From Pecten maximus (Eukaryota): a stretch of 64,000 bases of DNA. Under the pieces are notes generated by a model, which ran no database searches, had not been told where the DNA came from, and saw only the letters and a list, made by a program, of their open reading frames with translations. The translations under genes were made by a program, and so were the position numbers. Of this stretch, positions 51,531 to 64,000 are shown one piece after another; position 1 is the first letter of the stretch; each line of letters starts with the position of its first letter. The DNA lies in NCBI RefSeq assembly GCF_902652985.1, contig NC_047015.1, positions 32,860,001-32,924,000 on the forward strand. Direction: 5' to 3'.

Positions 51531-53665
51531 GACGGGGAGATGTTACACAGAGGGGGAGATGTTACACAGAAGGGGAGATGTTACACAGAAGGGAAGGTGT
51601 TACACAGAAGGGGAGGTGTTACACAGAAGGGGAGGTGTTACACAGAAGGGGAGGTGTTACACAGAAGGGGAGGTGTTACACAGAGGGGGAGATGTTACAC
51701 AGAGGGGGAGGTGTTACACAGAGGGGGAGGTGTTACACAGAAGGGGAGATGTTACACAGAGGGGGAGATGTTACACAGAAGGGGAGGTGTTACACAGAAG
51801 GGGAGGTGTTACACAGAAGGGGAGGTGTTACACAGAAGGGAAGGTGTTACACAGAAGGGGAGATGTTACACAGAAGGGGAGGTGTTACACAGAAGGGGAG
51901 GTGTTACATAGAAGGGGAGATGTTACACAGAAGGGGAGTGTTACACAGAAGGGGAGGTGTTACACAGAAGGGGAGGTGTTACATAGAAGGGGAGATGTTA
52001 CACAGAAGGGGAGTGTTACACAGGAGGGGAGATGTTACACAGGAGGGGAGATGTTACACAGAAGGGGAGATGTTACACAGAAGGGGAGGTGTTACATAGA
52101 AGGGGAGATGTTACACAGAAGGGGAGTGTTACACAGGAGGGGAGATGTTACACAGAAGGGGAGATGTTACACAGAAGGGGAGGTGTTACATAGAAGGGGA
52201 GATGTTACACAGAAGGGAAGGTGTTACACAGAAGGGGAGATGTTACACAGGAGGGGAGATGTTACACAGAAGGGGAGGTGTTACACAGAAGGGGAGTGTT
52301 ACACAGAATGGGAGGTATTACACAGAGGGGGAGGTGTTACACAGAGGGGGAGGTGTTACACAGAAGGGGAGATGTTACACAGAAGGGGAGATGTTACACA
52401 GAAGGGGAGGTGTTACACAGAAGGGGAGGTGTTACACAGAAGGGGAGTGTTACACAGAAGGGGAGGTATTACACAGAAGGGGAGGTGTTACACAGAAGGG
52501 GAGATGTTACACAGAAGGGGAGGTGTAATACAGAAGGGGAGATGTTACACAGAAGGGGGGGTGTTACACAGAAGGGGGGGTGTTACACAGAAGGGGAGTG
52601 TTACACAGAAGGGGAGATGTTACACAGAATGAGAGGTGTTACACAGAAGGGGAGTGTTACACAGAAGGGGAGGTGTTACACAGAAGGGGAGGTGTTACAC
52701 AGAAGGGGAGATGTTACACAGAAGGGGAGGTGTTACACAGAAGGGGAGGTGTTACACAGAAGGGAGATGTTACACAGAATGGGGAGATGTTACACAGAAG
52801 GGGAGATGTTACACAGAAGGGGAGATGTAACACAGAAGGGGAGAGTGTTACACAGAAGGGGAGGTGTAACAAAGAAGGGGAGGTGTTACGCAGAAGGGGG
52901 TATTACACAGAAGGGAAGGTGTTACACAGAATGAGAGGTGTTACACAGAAGGGGAGGTGTAACACAGAAGGGGAGATGTTACACAGAAGTGAAGGTGTAA
53001 CACAGAAGGGGAGATGTTACACAGAAGTGAATGTGTTACACAGAAGGGGAGGTGTTACACAGAAGGGAAGGTGTTACACAGAATGAGAGGTGTTACACAG
53101 ACGGGGAGTGTTACACAGAAGGGGAGGTGTTACACAGAAGGGGAGGTGTTACACAGAAGGAGAGGTGTTACACAGAAGGGGAGGTGTAATACAGAAGGGG
53201 AGGTGTAATACAGAAGGGGAGGTGTTACAAGAATGGGGAGATGTTACACAGAAGGGGAGTGTTACACAGAAGGGGAGATGTTACACAGAAGGGGAGGTGT
53301 TACACAGAAGGGGATATGTTACACAGAAGGGGAGGTATTACACAGAAGGGGAGGTGTTACAAGAATGGGGAGGTGTTACACAGAAGGGGAAATGTTACAC
53401 AGAAGGGGAGGTATTACACAGAAGGGGAGGTGTTACAAGAATGGGGAGGTGTTACACAGAAGGGGAAATGTTACACAGAAGGATAGATGTTATATAGAAG
53501 GGGGAGGTGTTACACAGAAGGAGAGGTGTTACACAGAAGGAGAGGTGTTACAAGAATGGGGAGGTGCTACACAGAAGGAGAGGTGTTTCGAAAAAGGGGA
53601 GGTGTTACACAGAAGGGAGGTGTTACACAGCAGCGAATTTACTACACAAAAGGGAGGAGTAACAT
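51531..53665. repeat. G-rich minisatellite, 19-bp unit, ~110 copies, inside the Ly6 intron
   Basis: Unit TGTTACACAGAAGGGGAG[G/A], with an 18-bp variant; degenerates at both edges. Confidence 0.98.
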
Positions 53666-54335
53666 AATTTGTCTAGTCGGTCATTTCTACCATAATATAT
53701 TTACTTAATCCTGTCAAATAAGACATGAACTTTACACTTTGATACTATTTCAAAAGTAAAGATAGTGTTATATTGTTATTTTGAACAATTAGTTTATTAT
53801 TGGAAGTATTTCACTGACATTTATGGGTTTAGCTTACTATATAAGACAATATCACGACCTATTAATACGATGATCGATTAATAGATACTATATTTGTACT
53901 TTAATAGTTGATCGACACTGATGTGTATGTATGTTAGGCGGTCACAATATTTTATATCAAATAGCTGAAAATAGACAACCATTATTGCTTTTTTTACTTT
54001 TTAGTAATCACCGGATTTTGTGAGATGGTACATGTCTGTCATCCACTGTAATTGGATCAATGAAGGCATTAAATCAAACCATAAAACAAGTAAGACGGGC
54101 GTTAGACAATAGTACAAAGAGCTGCCTTCATGTACAGGAGATTTAATTTGAAACATCATCAGCATCAACTTTCGTATGTTGAAAACCTAGAACATGAAAT
54201 ATGATGTATAGGAAGTTATTAATTACGGTAATTAGACTAATTTGATTTAGGTAGGTTCATAAAGGAAACACATAAAGGAAACAGCCAACCCTTGACGGAA
54301 CACGTCCTAAGCAGGCATTAATACTGTAAATCGAA

Positions 54336-54525
54336 AATATCTAACAGTGTCTTCAGTAATACCAAATATATTTCACGAGTGTGGAAAATATCTTAATATT
54401 TTACGAGTGTTACTTTTATTTTGATATTTTCACGAGTGATATTGCTACGCACTCGTGGAAAATATTAAGATATTATCCACACTCGTGAAATATATTTGGT
54501 ATTACTGAAGACACAGTTCGATATT
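54336..54525. mobile_element. ~190-bp palindromic foldback/MITE-like element
   Basis: GTGTCTTCAGTAATACCAAATATATTTCACGAGTGTGGA-AATATCTTAATATTTT ... AAAATATTAAGATATT-TCCACACTCGTGAAATATATTTGGTATTACTGAAGACAC; centre ...CACGAGTG...GCTACGCACTCGTG. Confidence 0.8.
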
Positions 54526-55642
54526 GTGCTTATTATAGTTTTTTAATTGAAAACCTTCCCTGTATGCTCACTAGGTCTATTGCTAAGGTTTGCATACGTT
54601 TACCGCTTTCATGTCTAGACAATTCTACGAGACAAAATCTAGTCCAAAGAACAAAAATATGAAACCTGTTCAACAACATATTTCAATAAATTGTTTAATT
54701 CAAATATGTATTCAAGTGTAAGTTATTCAGAAAGTTGCCGTAATGTTCTCAATATATGATTATTTGATAAAAGTCCCGTCAAAACAACCCTGATTACTAC
54801 GCGTTGAGCGCTCAATCCAAAACGGCTTACTTTGTTGTCCTGATAATGTAATATCATCACTCATGTAACAGTAAAACCATTCTATTCACTGTCACTATCG
54901 ATGATCACTCTGATTCTTTTATATTTTCTTCCGTCTGTCTTTGCGACCCGGACGCGGCCATGATTATTATTTGACCCGTGTTCCCTCCGATCAGGTAGTT
55001 GGAGTTACTGGCCTGTAGTGTTTTGTCCTGAAACTAGTCCTCCCATTATTGGTAACAAAGGATTGGTTTAGGCATGGACGGGGATGATTTTGATTTATTC
55101 CTAGTCCTTGTTTTGATTGATCAATAGGGGAAAAAATCAAAAATATTACTTTTATAGGTTATATAAAATGTAAATATAGATAGATAGATAGATTTCACTG
55201 ATAATTGCAATAAAAATTGTTATTTGCGCATTTGATAAAAAATAGGATGGAATTTTCTTGATGAAAACAAAAAATGTCATTGTTACTATTTGTCGTTATT
55301 TTCAGGAATAAAATCAAATCCTGAAAAATAGTAAATGATTCACGTGTAGAAACACAGTAGTATGTTTTGTGACTCGAAGTCATAGAAATAGAAAGGTACA
55401 TAAATGACCAAAAAAAAACCGATACTTTCCATGCTTTAAACATATACAACTTATAAGTCTGACAAGATGTGATTCTTCAACTATTTTCACTGAAATTTCA
55501 TCATTGTTCACATAATTATAGCTGTACTGAAATAATATGAAAATGTTATTTTACAGGATTGGAAAAACAGCACTGGCATCTTTCAATGATTTGAATTGTA
55601 CAGTACTGTTGTTAACACATTGTTTTGGTGTTTTCTTTCCAG

Positions 55643-55866
55643 AGGACGGGACGTCAATACTTGTCCGCCAATGTAGCAACGAGGACTGGGGTAGTCACTG
55701 TGGCGATATCAAGTACGAGATCGGGGACAGCTCAGAGATGGTGTATGGTTGCCTGGAAACGTGCAACTTTGATGGGTGTAATACATCCAATCATTTTACA
55801 GTAAACAATATCTGCGTGATAGGAATTCTAGGACTCAACTTCCTGGTGCGCAAATGGCTGTTATAG
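55643..55866 (+). CDS. Ly6/uPAR three-finger (quiver/sleepless-like) protein, terminal coding exon (Cys6-10 + putative GPI signal)
   Basis: Acceptor gttttctttccag|AG joins 44816 in phase (G+AG = Glu). Encodes EDGTSILVRQCSNEDWGSHCGDIKYEIGDSSEMVYGCLETCNFDGCNTSNHFTVNNICVIGILGLNFLVRKWLL*. It has the C-x3-C-x2-D-G-C-N terminus followed by a hydrophobic tail. Confidence 0.9.
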
Positions 55867-57320
55867 CAATTCGAAATCCCTGCATGAAAAAAGTCTACTT
55901 TGATATGCCAAACAAATCGATGATATCCATCTGTGTCATTATCTTAGGAGATGTGGATAGGGATGTGTACATACGTGCTCCAAGTAGCGGATATTACTAC
56001 GGGCGCTGAACAAATGTTCAGTAACCAAGGAGGTTGTTATGGTTAGTCTGCACAGACGTTTGGTTTGTTCCTTTGTGTTCTTATCTCGTATTAGTGACAG
56101 TTTCGTATTAAAAAGTATCATTTATTACTCCACGATGAGAGGACATTCTACGTGTATATAATGAAAAGCGCAGTTATTTATTCATTTTTTTTTTTTTTTT
56201 TTGAAGCAAAATATAAGGAAGAAATCCTCACCGATTATTGGCATATTACACACAACCCCTTAGTGAACATGTTAGTGATGACGTTTCACCAATCTGTATA
56301 TTATCTCATAGATTTGGTTGTGATTAGTCACATTGTATATACATTTAGCGATAAATATCCGATTCAAATCTAAATGTGATCCATATAGTACGACTTACTG
56401 CAGATAACGAACATTATGGGTTAATATTACCGAAACCTGAATAGTAGACATTTAGTTTGAATTGTTTTGATCTTAGTCAATCCTGTGGACGGTGATGAAC
56501 GTGAGGCTCCCAAGCCTAACAGAAGAGCTCGATGACAAGTAACAAGTGATAAAGTAAGAGTTGTCTACCGTTAAACTGGATCTACTGTTCAGTAACATTT
56601 AGTGCTAAGAATTCATACATGCATACAAAGATATTGATATTTTATTTTAAAGCAATTAATTAACTTATCTGAGTTTTGTTTTCAAAAAGCAACTGTTTCC
56701 ACTATGTTGATAGGTGTTTCGAAGTATGCAAACACCTCACTAAACTTCTATAGTGCTAGACAGATTATACAATGGCCACCAGCCAATCACACAGTGTGTG
56801 ACGTCTCGTACCAGTATACCATGCTCATATTTATTGTTTACTGCAGTACTGTGATTTAAATATTAATTGATGTTGGACTTCAAATAATAACTTTATAAGC
56901 TAGTTTCTCTTTTGTGGCAACGAACGAAATTTATGTTAAGTTACTGTCCATACGTATAGTTTTGTTATTATTATTATTATACTGTTTGTGTATATTTAGG
57001 AAGTTCTTTGATTAGTGTTTTCATTTATCACAATGACATTTGTAAGTAAATATCCACGTTTAAAACAAAGGGTGTATATTATACTATTTTCTACTTAACT
57101 ATGCACATTGATACCGTTTTAACATGCATTATGTATGATATAAACTGTTAACGTATTTATGTTGAACGTGAATGACCTCCATGTAGTTTTCCTCAGACCA
57201 TTCGTATATGGACGTATCGCCTGTTGTCTCCTGTCTTATCTTATCCTGCAGAGTCGTTATTTGTACGTTGTTTTGTCGAGACATTTAACAAAAATATCCT
57301 TGATTGCATATACTCTACTT

Positions 57321-57326
57321 AATAAA
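57321..57326 (+). promoter_or_regulatory. Candidate polyadenylation signal of the Ly6 gene (alternative at 57606-57611)
   Basis: First canonical AATAAA I found downstream of the stop codon, after ~1.45 kb of AT-rich, repeat-free, 3'UTR-like sequence. Confidence 0.45.
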
Positions 57327-57656
57327 TGAAAAAAGTCAAGTAAATCAATTCTTGACCACAAACTGTGAACCATTATTATTGCTTATATGTTGTGTAATAA
57401 TAATCGGATTGAAGAAGAATGTTTGGATTTTGTATACAACATACAGTTGCCATGGTTGTACTGGTGAGCAAAGACGTCAACCCCACGTCACGTAGTTTGT
57501 GAGATATTAGAATGGCCTGCTGTAGAACGTCATGATATCTTGACAAATTTGGATATAAGCGTTTATTTCGATGGTTTATTTGCCCTGATAATGATATTTG
57601 AAAAGAATAAACGACATAGATCAGTTATCTATCACAAGTAATATGCCTCATGCTTT

Positions 57657-59750
57657 ACAGACTGTTCCGATGATCGTGTCCCATGGTTATAGACTGTGTT
57701 CCAATGATCGTGTCCCAGGGTTATAGACTGTGTTCCAATGATCGTGTCCCAGGGTTATAGACTGTGTTCCAATGATCGTGTCCCATAGTTATAGACTGTG
57801 TTCCGATGATCGTGTCCCATGGTTATAGACTGTGTTCCAATGATCGTGTCCCATGGTAATAGACTGTGTTCCAATGATCGTGTCCCATAGTTATAGACTG
57901 TGTTCCAATGATCGTGTCCCATGGTAATAGACTGTGTTCCGATGATCGTGTCCCATAGTAATAGACTGTGTTCCGATGATCGTGTCCCATGGTTACAGAC
58001 TGTGTTCCAATGATCGTGTCCCATAGTTGTAGACTGTGTTCCGATGATCGTGTCCCATAGTTATAGACTGTGTTCCAATGATCGTGTCCCATAGTTGTAG
58101 ACTGTGTTCCGATGATCGTGTCCCATAGTTATAGACTGTGTTCCAATGATCGTGTCCCATGGTTATAGACTGTGTTCCGATGATCGTGTCCCAGGGTTAC
58201 AGACTGTGTTCAAATGATCGTGTCCCATGGTTATAGACTGTGTTCCGATGATCGTGTCCCAGGGTTACAGACTGTGTTCCAATGATCGTGTCCCAGGGTT
58301 ATAGACTGTGTTCCGATGATCGTGTCCCATGGTTATAGACGGTGTTCCAATGATCGTGTCCGAGGGTTATAGACTGTGTTCCAATGATCGTGTCCCAGGG
58401 TTACAGACTGTGTTCCAATGATCGTGTCCCAGGGTTGTGGACTGTGTTCCGATGATCGTGTCCCATAGTTATAGACTGTGTTCCGATGATCGTGTCCAAT
58501 GGTTACAGACTGTGTTCCAATGATCGTGCCCCAGGGTTATAGACTGTGTTCCGATGATCGTGTCCCATGGTTATAGACTGTGTTCCGATGATCGTGTCCG
58601 AGGGTTATAGACTGTGTTCCAATGATCGTGTCCCAGGGTTATAGACTGTGTTCCAATGATCGTGTTCCATGGTTATAGACTGTGTTCCGATGATCGTGTC
58701 CCATAGTTATAGACTGTGTTCTAATGATCGTGTCCCATAGTTATAGACTGTGTTCCGATGATCGTGTCCCATAGTTGTAGACTGTGTTCCGATGATCGTG
58801 TCCCATGGTTATAGACTGTGTTCCGATGATCGTGTCCCATGGTTATAGACGGTGTTCCAATGATCGTGTCCCATGGTTATAAACTGTGTTCCGATGATCG
58901 TGTCCCATAGTTATAGACTGTGTTCCGATGATCGTGTTCCATGGTTACAGACTGTGTTCCAATGATCGTGTCCCAGGGTTATAGACTGTGTTCCAATGAT
59001 CGTGTCCCAGGGTTATAGACTGTGTTCCGATGATCGTGTTCCATGGTTATAGACTGTGTTCCGATGATCGTGTCCCATAGTTATAGACTGTGTTCCAATG
59101 ATCGTGTCCCATAGTTATAGACTGTGTTCCGATGATCGTGTCCCATAGTTATAGACTGTGTTCCGATGATCGTGTCCCATGGTTATAGACTGTGTTCCAA
59201 TGATCGTGTCCCAGGGTTATGGACTGTGTTCCAATGACCGTGTCCCCTGGTTATAGACTGTGTTCTAATGATCGTGTCCCATAGTTATAGACTGTGTTCT
59301 AATTATCGTGTCCCATAGTTATAGACTGTGTTCCAATGATCGTGTCCCAGGGTTATAGACTGTGTTCCGATGATCGTGTCCCATAGTTATAGACTGTGTT
59401 CCGATGATCGTGTCCCAGGGTTATAGACTGTGTTCCAATGATCGTGTCCCATAGTTTTAGACTGTGTTCCAATGATCGTGTCCCATAGTTTTAGACTGTG
59501 TTCCAATGATCGTGTCCCAGGGTTACAGACTGTGTTCCAATGATCGTGTCCCAGGGTTATGGACTGTGTTCCAATGATCGTGTCCCAGGGTTATGGACTG
59601 TGTTCCAATGATCGTGTCCCATAGTTATAGACTGTGTTCCAATGATCGTGTCCCATAGTTACAGACTGTGTTCCAATGATCGTGTCCCAGGGTTATAGAC
59701 TGTGTTCCGATGATCGTGTCCCAGGGTTATGGACTGTGTTCCGATGATCG
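57657..59750. repeat. Minisatellite, 34-bp unit, ~61 copies
   Basis: Unit ATAGACTGTGTTCC[A/G]ATGATCGTGTCCCA[TG/TA/GG]GTT. Confidence 0.98.
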
Positions 59751-61764
59751 CGTTTCGATTGTTATGACATTGTAGAGTCAACCTGTTATAAGTTTACACA
59801 TTCGTTTTGTGTTACTGTCCGAATCCTTTGATAACGTATTACATAAATTTATACCATCAAGCAGTTAAGACTTTAGCTGTAGGAAACTTGGGATATGCCG
59901 TGGTCGGATTACCGGATGAGAGACGTTCTAGTCTGTGTGGTATAGATGGTACAGTATACATTATTACACAATACAGCCGATGTTATACAGCATACAGTGT
60001 AGTTCAGGGTACACCAGTGCCATGTCAGATTTCCTGGATCAACGGAAAACCCAGAATTATTAGTTAAAGTCACATATGACCGTATTTGGAATATATTTTG
60101 AAACCCCCCCTCAGATATGTCACGTGACGACATCACCTCAGCTCATTATAGTGCCGTAATCAAACATCCTCTTTTTCAAATAAATGTATAACGTATCTTT
60201 TCGTTCGCTCCCTCGAGATCAGCGTTAGTCGTTTCTATAACCCTTGTTCTATAAAGCTGATCCGGATGTTGTAAGCGTTTTCCTAATGATCGTATTTCTT
60301 ACTTCTGATTCATTTTTTCCTGTAAAAGTCCTATAGATGTTTTGCCTCATTCATCGACAATTCATTTTACACGACATTTACACAATGCTTCTTGGATGTC
60401 CACATCAACACATTACAGATAACACAACATCTAGGATGCAAGATAAGCTCTTATTAATATCAAACACTATTATTGTATTTTATTTAGACAGTAAAAAGCG
60501 AATACCTCGAAAAATAAAAACCATATTTGATGTGTTTTAACGTTGTATCTATAAGCAAAATGAATAGATATGAATGTCGGTCATATCGCTCGAGGTCGAT
60601 AAGTGCTTTATGATATATAGTGTTCATACAAAGGCAAGTCTTAAAAAAGGCGGATAAATCGAGGATTTCAAAATCATGCTGTGAGTGTTTATACATTCAT
60701 TACATCTTAACCACCCAAAACGTTAAGAGATGCTTAAAAATAGTAATTTGCATTCGAAATGGTGAATAGTATGCATGTACCATTATGTAATCCGAGATTA
60801 AATCAGTATAAATTATAATCGTAGGTTTTACATGAATATATCGTATATTCACTGTCGGAAACTGTTTTGCTTGGAAATATATAATGTTCAGATTACTTAT
60901 AAAATCGTGTAACGGGCCCAATCGTGAGAACATTAAACTATATTACTCCTCAAACGCAGCTAGTTTCGAGAACATCGATCTGTATAGAATCTGTGTTGGT
61001 CGTTAGTAATTTACCAGGATTTGGGCGCTCATAGCATCCAAACGTTTACGTTGATCGGGCAGAAGTATCATACCGAAACTGCATGTGAAGTAACATTTAA
61101 AAAAAACATTGGTGCAATTTCTAGAGCAGCAATAGTTTGAAATCGAGGCCCCATCTCGAGACATTGGCCGCCTGCGTCGTTGTAAAGGAGGAAAGTGATT
61201 CGTTGACAGTTAATAACTACATTTATACTGAAATGATACTATATCTCTGCATCACGATTAGCTTCTCCATCAGTAAGTATAGCTTATTAATTTGCTTTAT
61301 TGAAGTGTAATAAAAATGTTTTTAAATAGTTTCTTAAAAAGATTATTTTGATTTTACAACATATAGCCACTAGCCTGCTTGCCCGTTCCCGATTTTGGTA
61401 GGTTTATGTGTATTGGATTTAAAGCCAATAAAGTTGAAACAGTCAAGAGTGTTATATGTTACTTTTTACAGAACGCATCCATCAAACATGCGTCTCATGA
61501 AAAATGTTCCGCTGGTTTGAGAAAATTTCGCTTGTTAAAATCTTTTGTGAACTATTAACACAAAAAGCTTTTTATTTTGACATGTTGCATTTTTGTTTTG
61601 TTCCATACCATCAATGCAGTTAAACTGAAAACTAATAAAGAATATTTTATCGTTTTTGATCCGGAACACTTTATAAAAATCAATAACGGAACATAATTCT
61701 GTAAGACTTGATGTTGGTTTAGCTATTAATCCTCAACAATCAAATCTTCTCAATACTTCACAGA

Positions 61765-62139
61765 TACTTGTGGTGACGGAAATATATTGATGAGTATAAC
61801 TTGTAGTGACGGATATGAATTGACTGGTACCACTTGTGGTGACAGAGATATATTGATTGGTACAACTTGTGGTGACAGAGATATATTGGTAGGTACCACT
61901 TGTGGTGACAGAGATATATTGGTGGGTACCACTTTTTGGGACGGAGATATATTGGTCTGTACCACTTGTGGTGACAGATATATATTGGTGGGTACCACTT
62001 GTGGTGACAGAGATATATTGGTGGGTACCACTTGTTGGGACGGAGATATATTGGTAGGTACCACTTGTTGTGACGGAGATATATTGATTCGTACCACTTG
62101 TGGTGACATAAATATATTGATGGGTACCACATGTGGTGT
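61765..62139. repeat. Minisatellite, 33-bp unit, ~11 copies
   Basis: Unit GTACCACTTGTGGTGACAGAGATATATTGGTGG. Confidence 0.95.
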
Positions 62140-62570
62140 AGTAATCATTTGCCATTCAAGAATCCCCGATCTCACCATAAGATTTTCGCAGATGATTTTG
62201 ATGTTGTAACTTAACGTTATATCCTGCTATTGTTTGATGTGACCTCCTTTTGTTTCTTGTGTAGTTATACCGATCCGGATATTTAAAACGTTGTTAATTT
62301 TCCATTTCTAAATGTTAAACTTTGAGCACAAATGACAGTTCTAGAGGATAACCAGCAGAGGTAACTATTTATACGAGCAATGTATAGTGTTATTGATGTC
62401 AATCTGAGTAAGGAATGATACCAATGGCAATTTTTAACTAATAAATCCTAAACATAACCAAACATCTACCTTCTCAACTCATGGGTAGAATAATAGGAGT
62501 CTGTGCGAAGAGTGTTGTAAGATAGACAACTCTCATCACACGTTAAGCAGAAAACAAATCGTAGTCTAAA

Positions 62571-62797
62571 GTGGGCCAGACCTTCGGTAATGTTGTAAGA
62601 GACACCCCAGTTATATGTGGTCAGACCTTCGGTAATGTTGTAAGAGACACCCCAGTTATATGTGGTCAGACCTTCGGTAATGTTGTAAGAGACACCCCAG
62701 TTATATGTGGTCAGACCTTCGGTAATGTTGTAAGAGACACCCCAGTTATATGTGGTCAGACCTTCGGTAATGTTGTAAGAGACACCCCAGTTATATG
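62571..62797. repeat. Young tandem repeat, 45-bp unit, 5 near-identical copies
   Basis: Unit GTGGTCAGACCTTCGGTAATGTTGTAAGAGACACCCCAGTTATAT. Confidence 0.98.
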
Positions 62798-64000
62798 CCG
62801 ACTGTCTTTATCTCAGGAGATCACTGATACAACACAAACAAGTTCCTGTTTCATGTGTATATAACCTTAAATAAAAGTCACTGACCTGGCACAGTTAAAC
62901 GTATAGTGTGCCATTGTGAGGAACCACTACCCATCAGTCTAATCCTGTCAGAATGAATGCTTGGGTATTATACCGGCGTGTCCGTGTTAGGAAATTGGCT
63001 AAGGTCACATTTTAAACTTTACAATTGTATCTATTATCTGATAAACTTCAATTCAACTGATGTTAAATTGTACAATGTATAACACACACTGTTCCGGTTA
63101 CCTAGACGTGAACGTAATGTTATATGAGATTGTAATATCCTTTACGTCAAATAGCATTAAATAAACAGACTCAACATGTAAGATAGCTTATTTCAGTCAC
63201 AAAAATGAACTAGACGTTAAAATATGCTGCTTTGAATCAATGCATGTCTATTGTCAATTGATTGAAAATAAACAAAATACAAAAATAAATTAATAATAAA
63301 CAAAGTCATTATGTGCAATATATTTGTAACGATAGCAACAACGATAACAATACAGTCACTTGATTAACACTCTTAGAATCAATTACATCAATATTTGTCG
63401 AGGACGAAATCGGCAACACGTCGACATTTGACCCAATGGTATATCGGATGTATCAGTGAAGTCGCGGTCAGACATATACAGAACACATCAGACTGAAAGA
63501 TAAAATGGCACGTAAAATACACCCTACATTTCACTTAAAAGGTACAATACCTGTAAAGTACATTCAGGTACTTAAACACATACCACGTCAATTATGTATT
63601 GCGTCCGGATCAACAACCTCGCCCAAAACGTGTGATTATAGAAACATGAATGACATACATGTACTTTTACATAACTAAACACATTGATCCAATTAAAAGA
63701 AAATTTTACCTGAGCTCAAGTTCGGTACATTCTATTTAAACGGTGATTATTTGGCGCCACATAAGATGCATCTAACTATTACGTGTATTTGCCTGAATGC
63801 ATACATACATCATTATCATGAAACTGTCAACAAGTATTTTGAAATTACAAGAATGTCATCATAAATTATAAAAAAAAAATTTTGTACAAACAACGGCTTG
63901 AATAAATGTGTCTGGTGTTAACAAAATGATGTAGTTATTATCAACATTGTTTTCGACGCTTCATATTTTCATTACAAAAAGGTTGTGTGTTATATTTTCT

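Noticed and set aside
51440-53708. Coding ORFs (CYTEGEVLHRRGGVTQKGR repeats)
   Set aside because: They arise from a 19-bp unit that is open in all three frames and has frequent 18-bp indel variants; the array is intronic.

Overview
AT-rich, gene-poor eukaryotic (animal) genomic DNA. The repeat types suggest a mollusc, probably a bivalve (inference). Only one protein-coding gene is well supported: a + strand Ly6/uPAR three-finger (quiver/sleepless-like) gene, probably GPI-anchored. Its 10-Cys domain is split between exons 44655-44816 and 55643-55866 by a 10.8-kb phase-1 intron, and its signal-peptide exon is not securely located. About a quarter of the window (~16 kb) is taken up by about 15 minisatellite loci with 16-60 bp units, which explain almost all long ORFs in the ORF track. 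Mobile DNA includes the 3' end of a LINE ORF2 (CCHC knuckle, one nonsense mutation), four hairpin/MITE-like palindromes, a tRNA-derived SINE fragment and a decayed Penelope-type hammerhead ribozyme in the Ly6 intron. The most notable element is a complete 355-bp miniature LTR retrotransposon (TRIM) at 23682-24036. Both of its LTRs carry a tRNA-derived Pol III promoter, and it has a PBS, a PPT and a near-perfect 4-bp TSD (Cassandra/Helenus-like architecture). No prokaryotic operons or CRISPR arrays are present.
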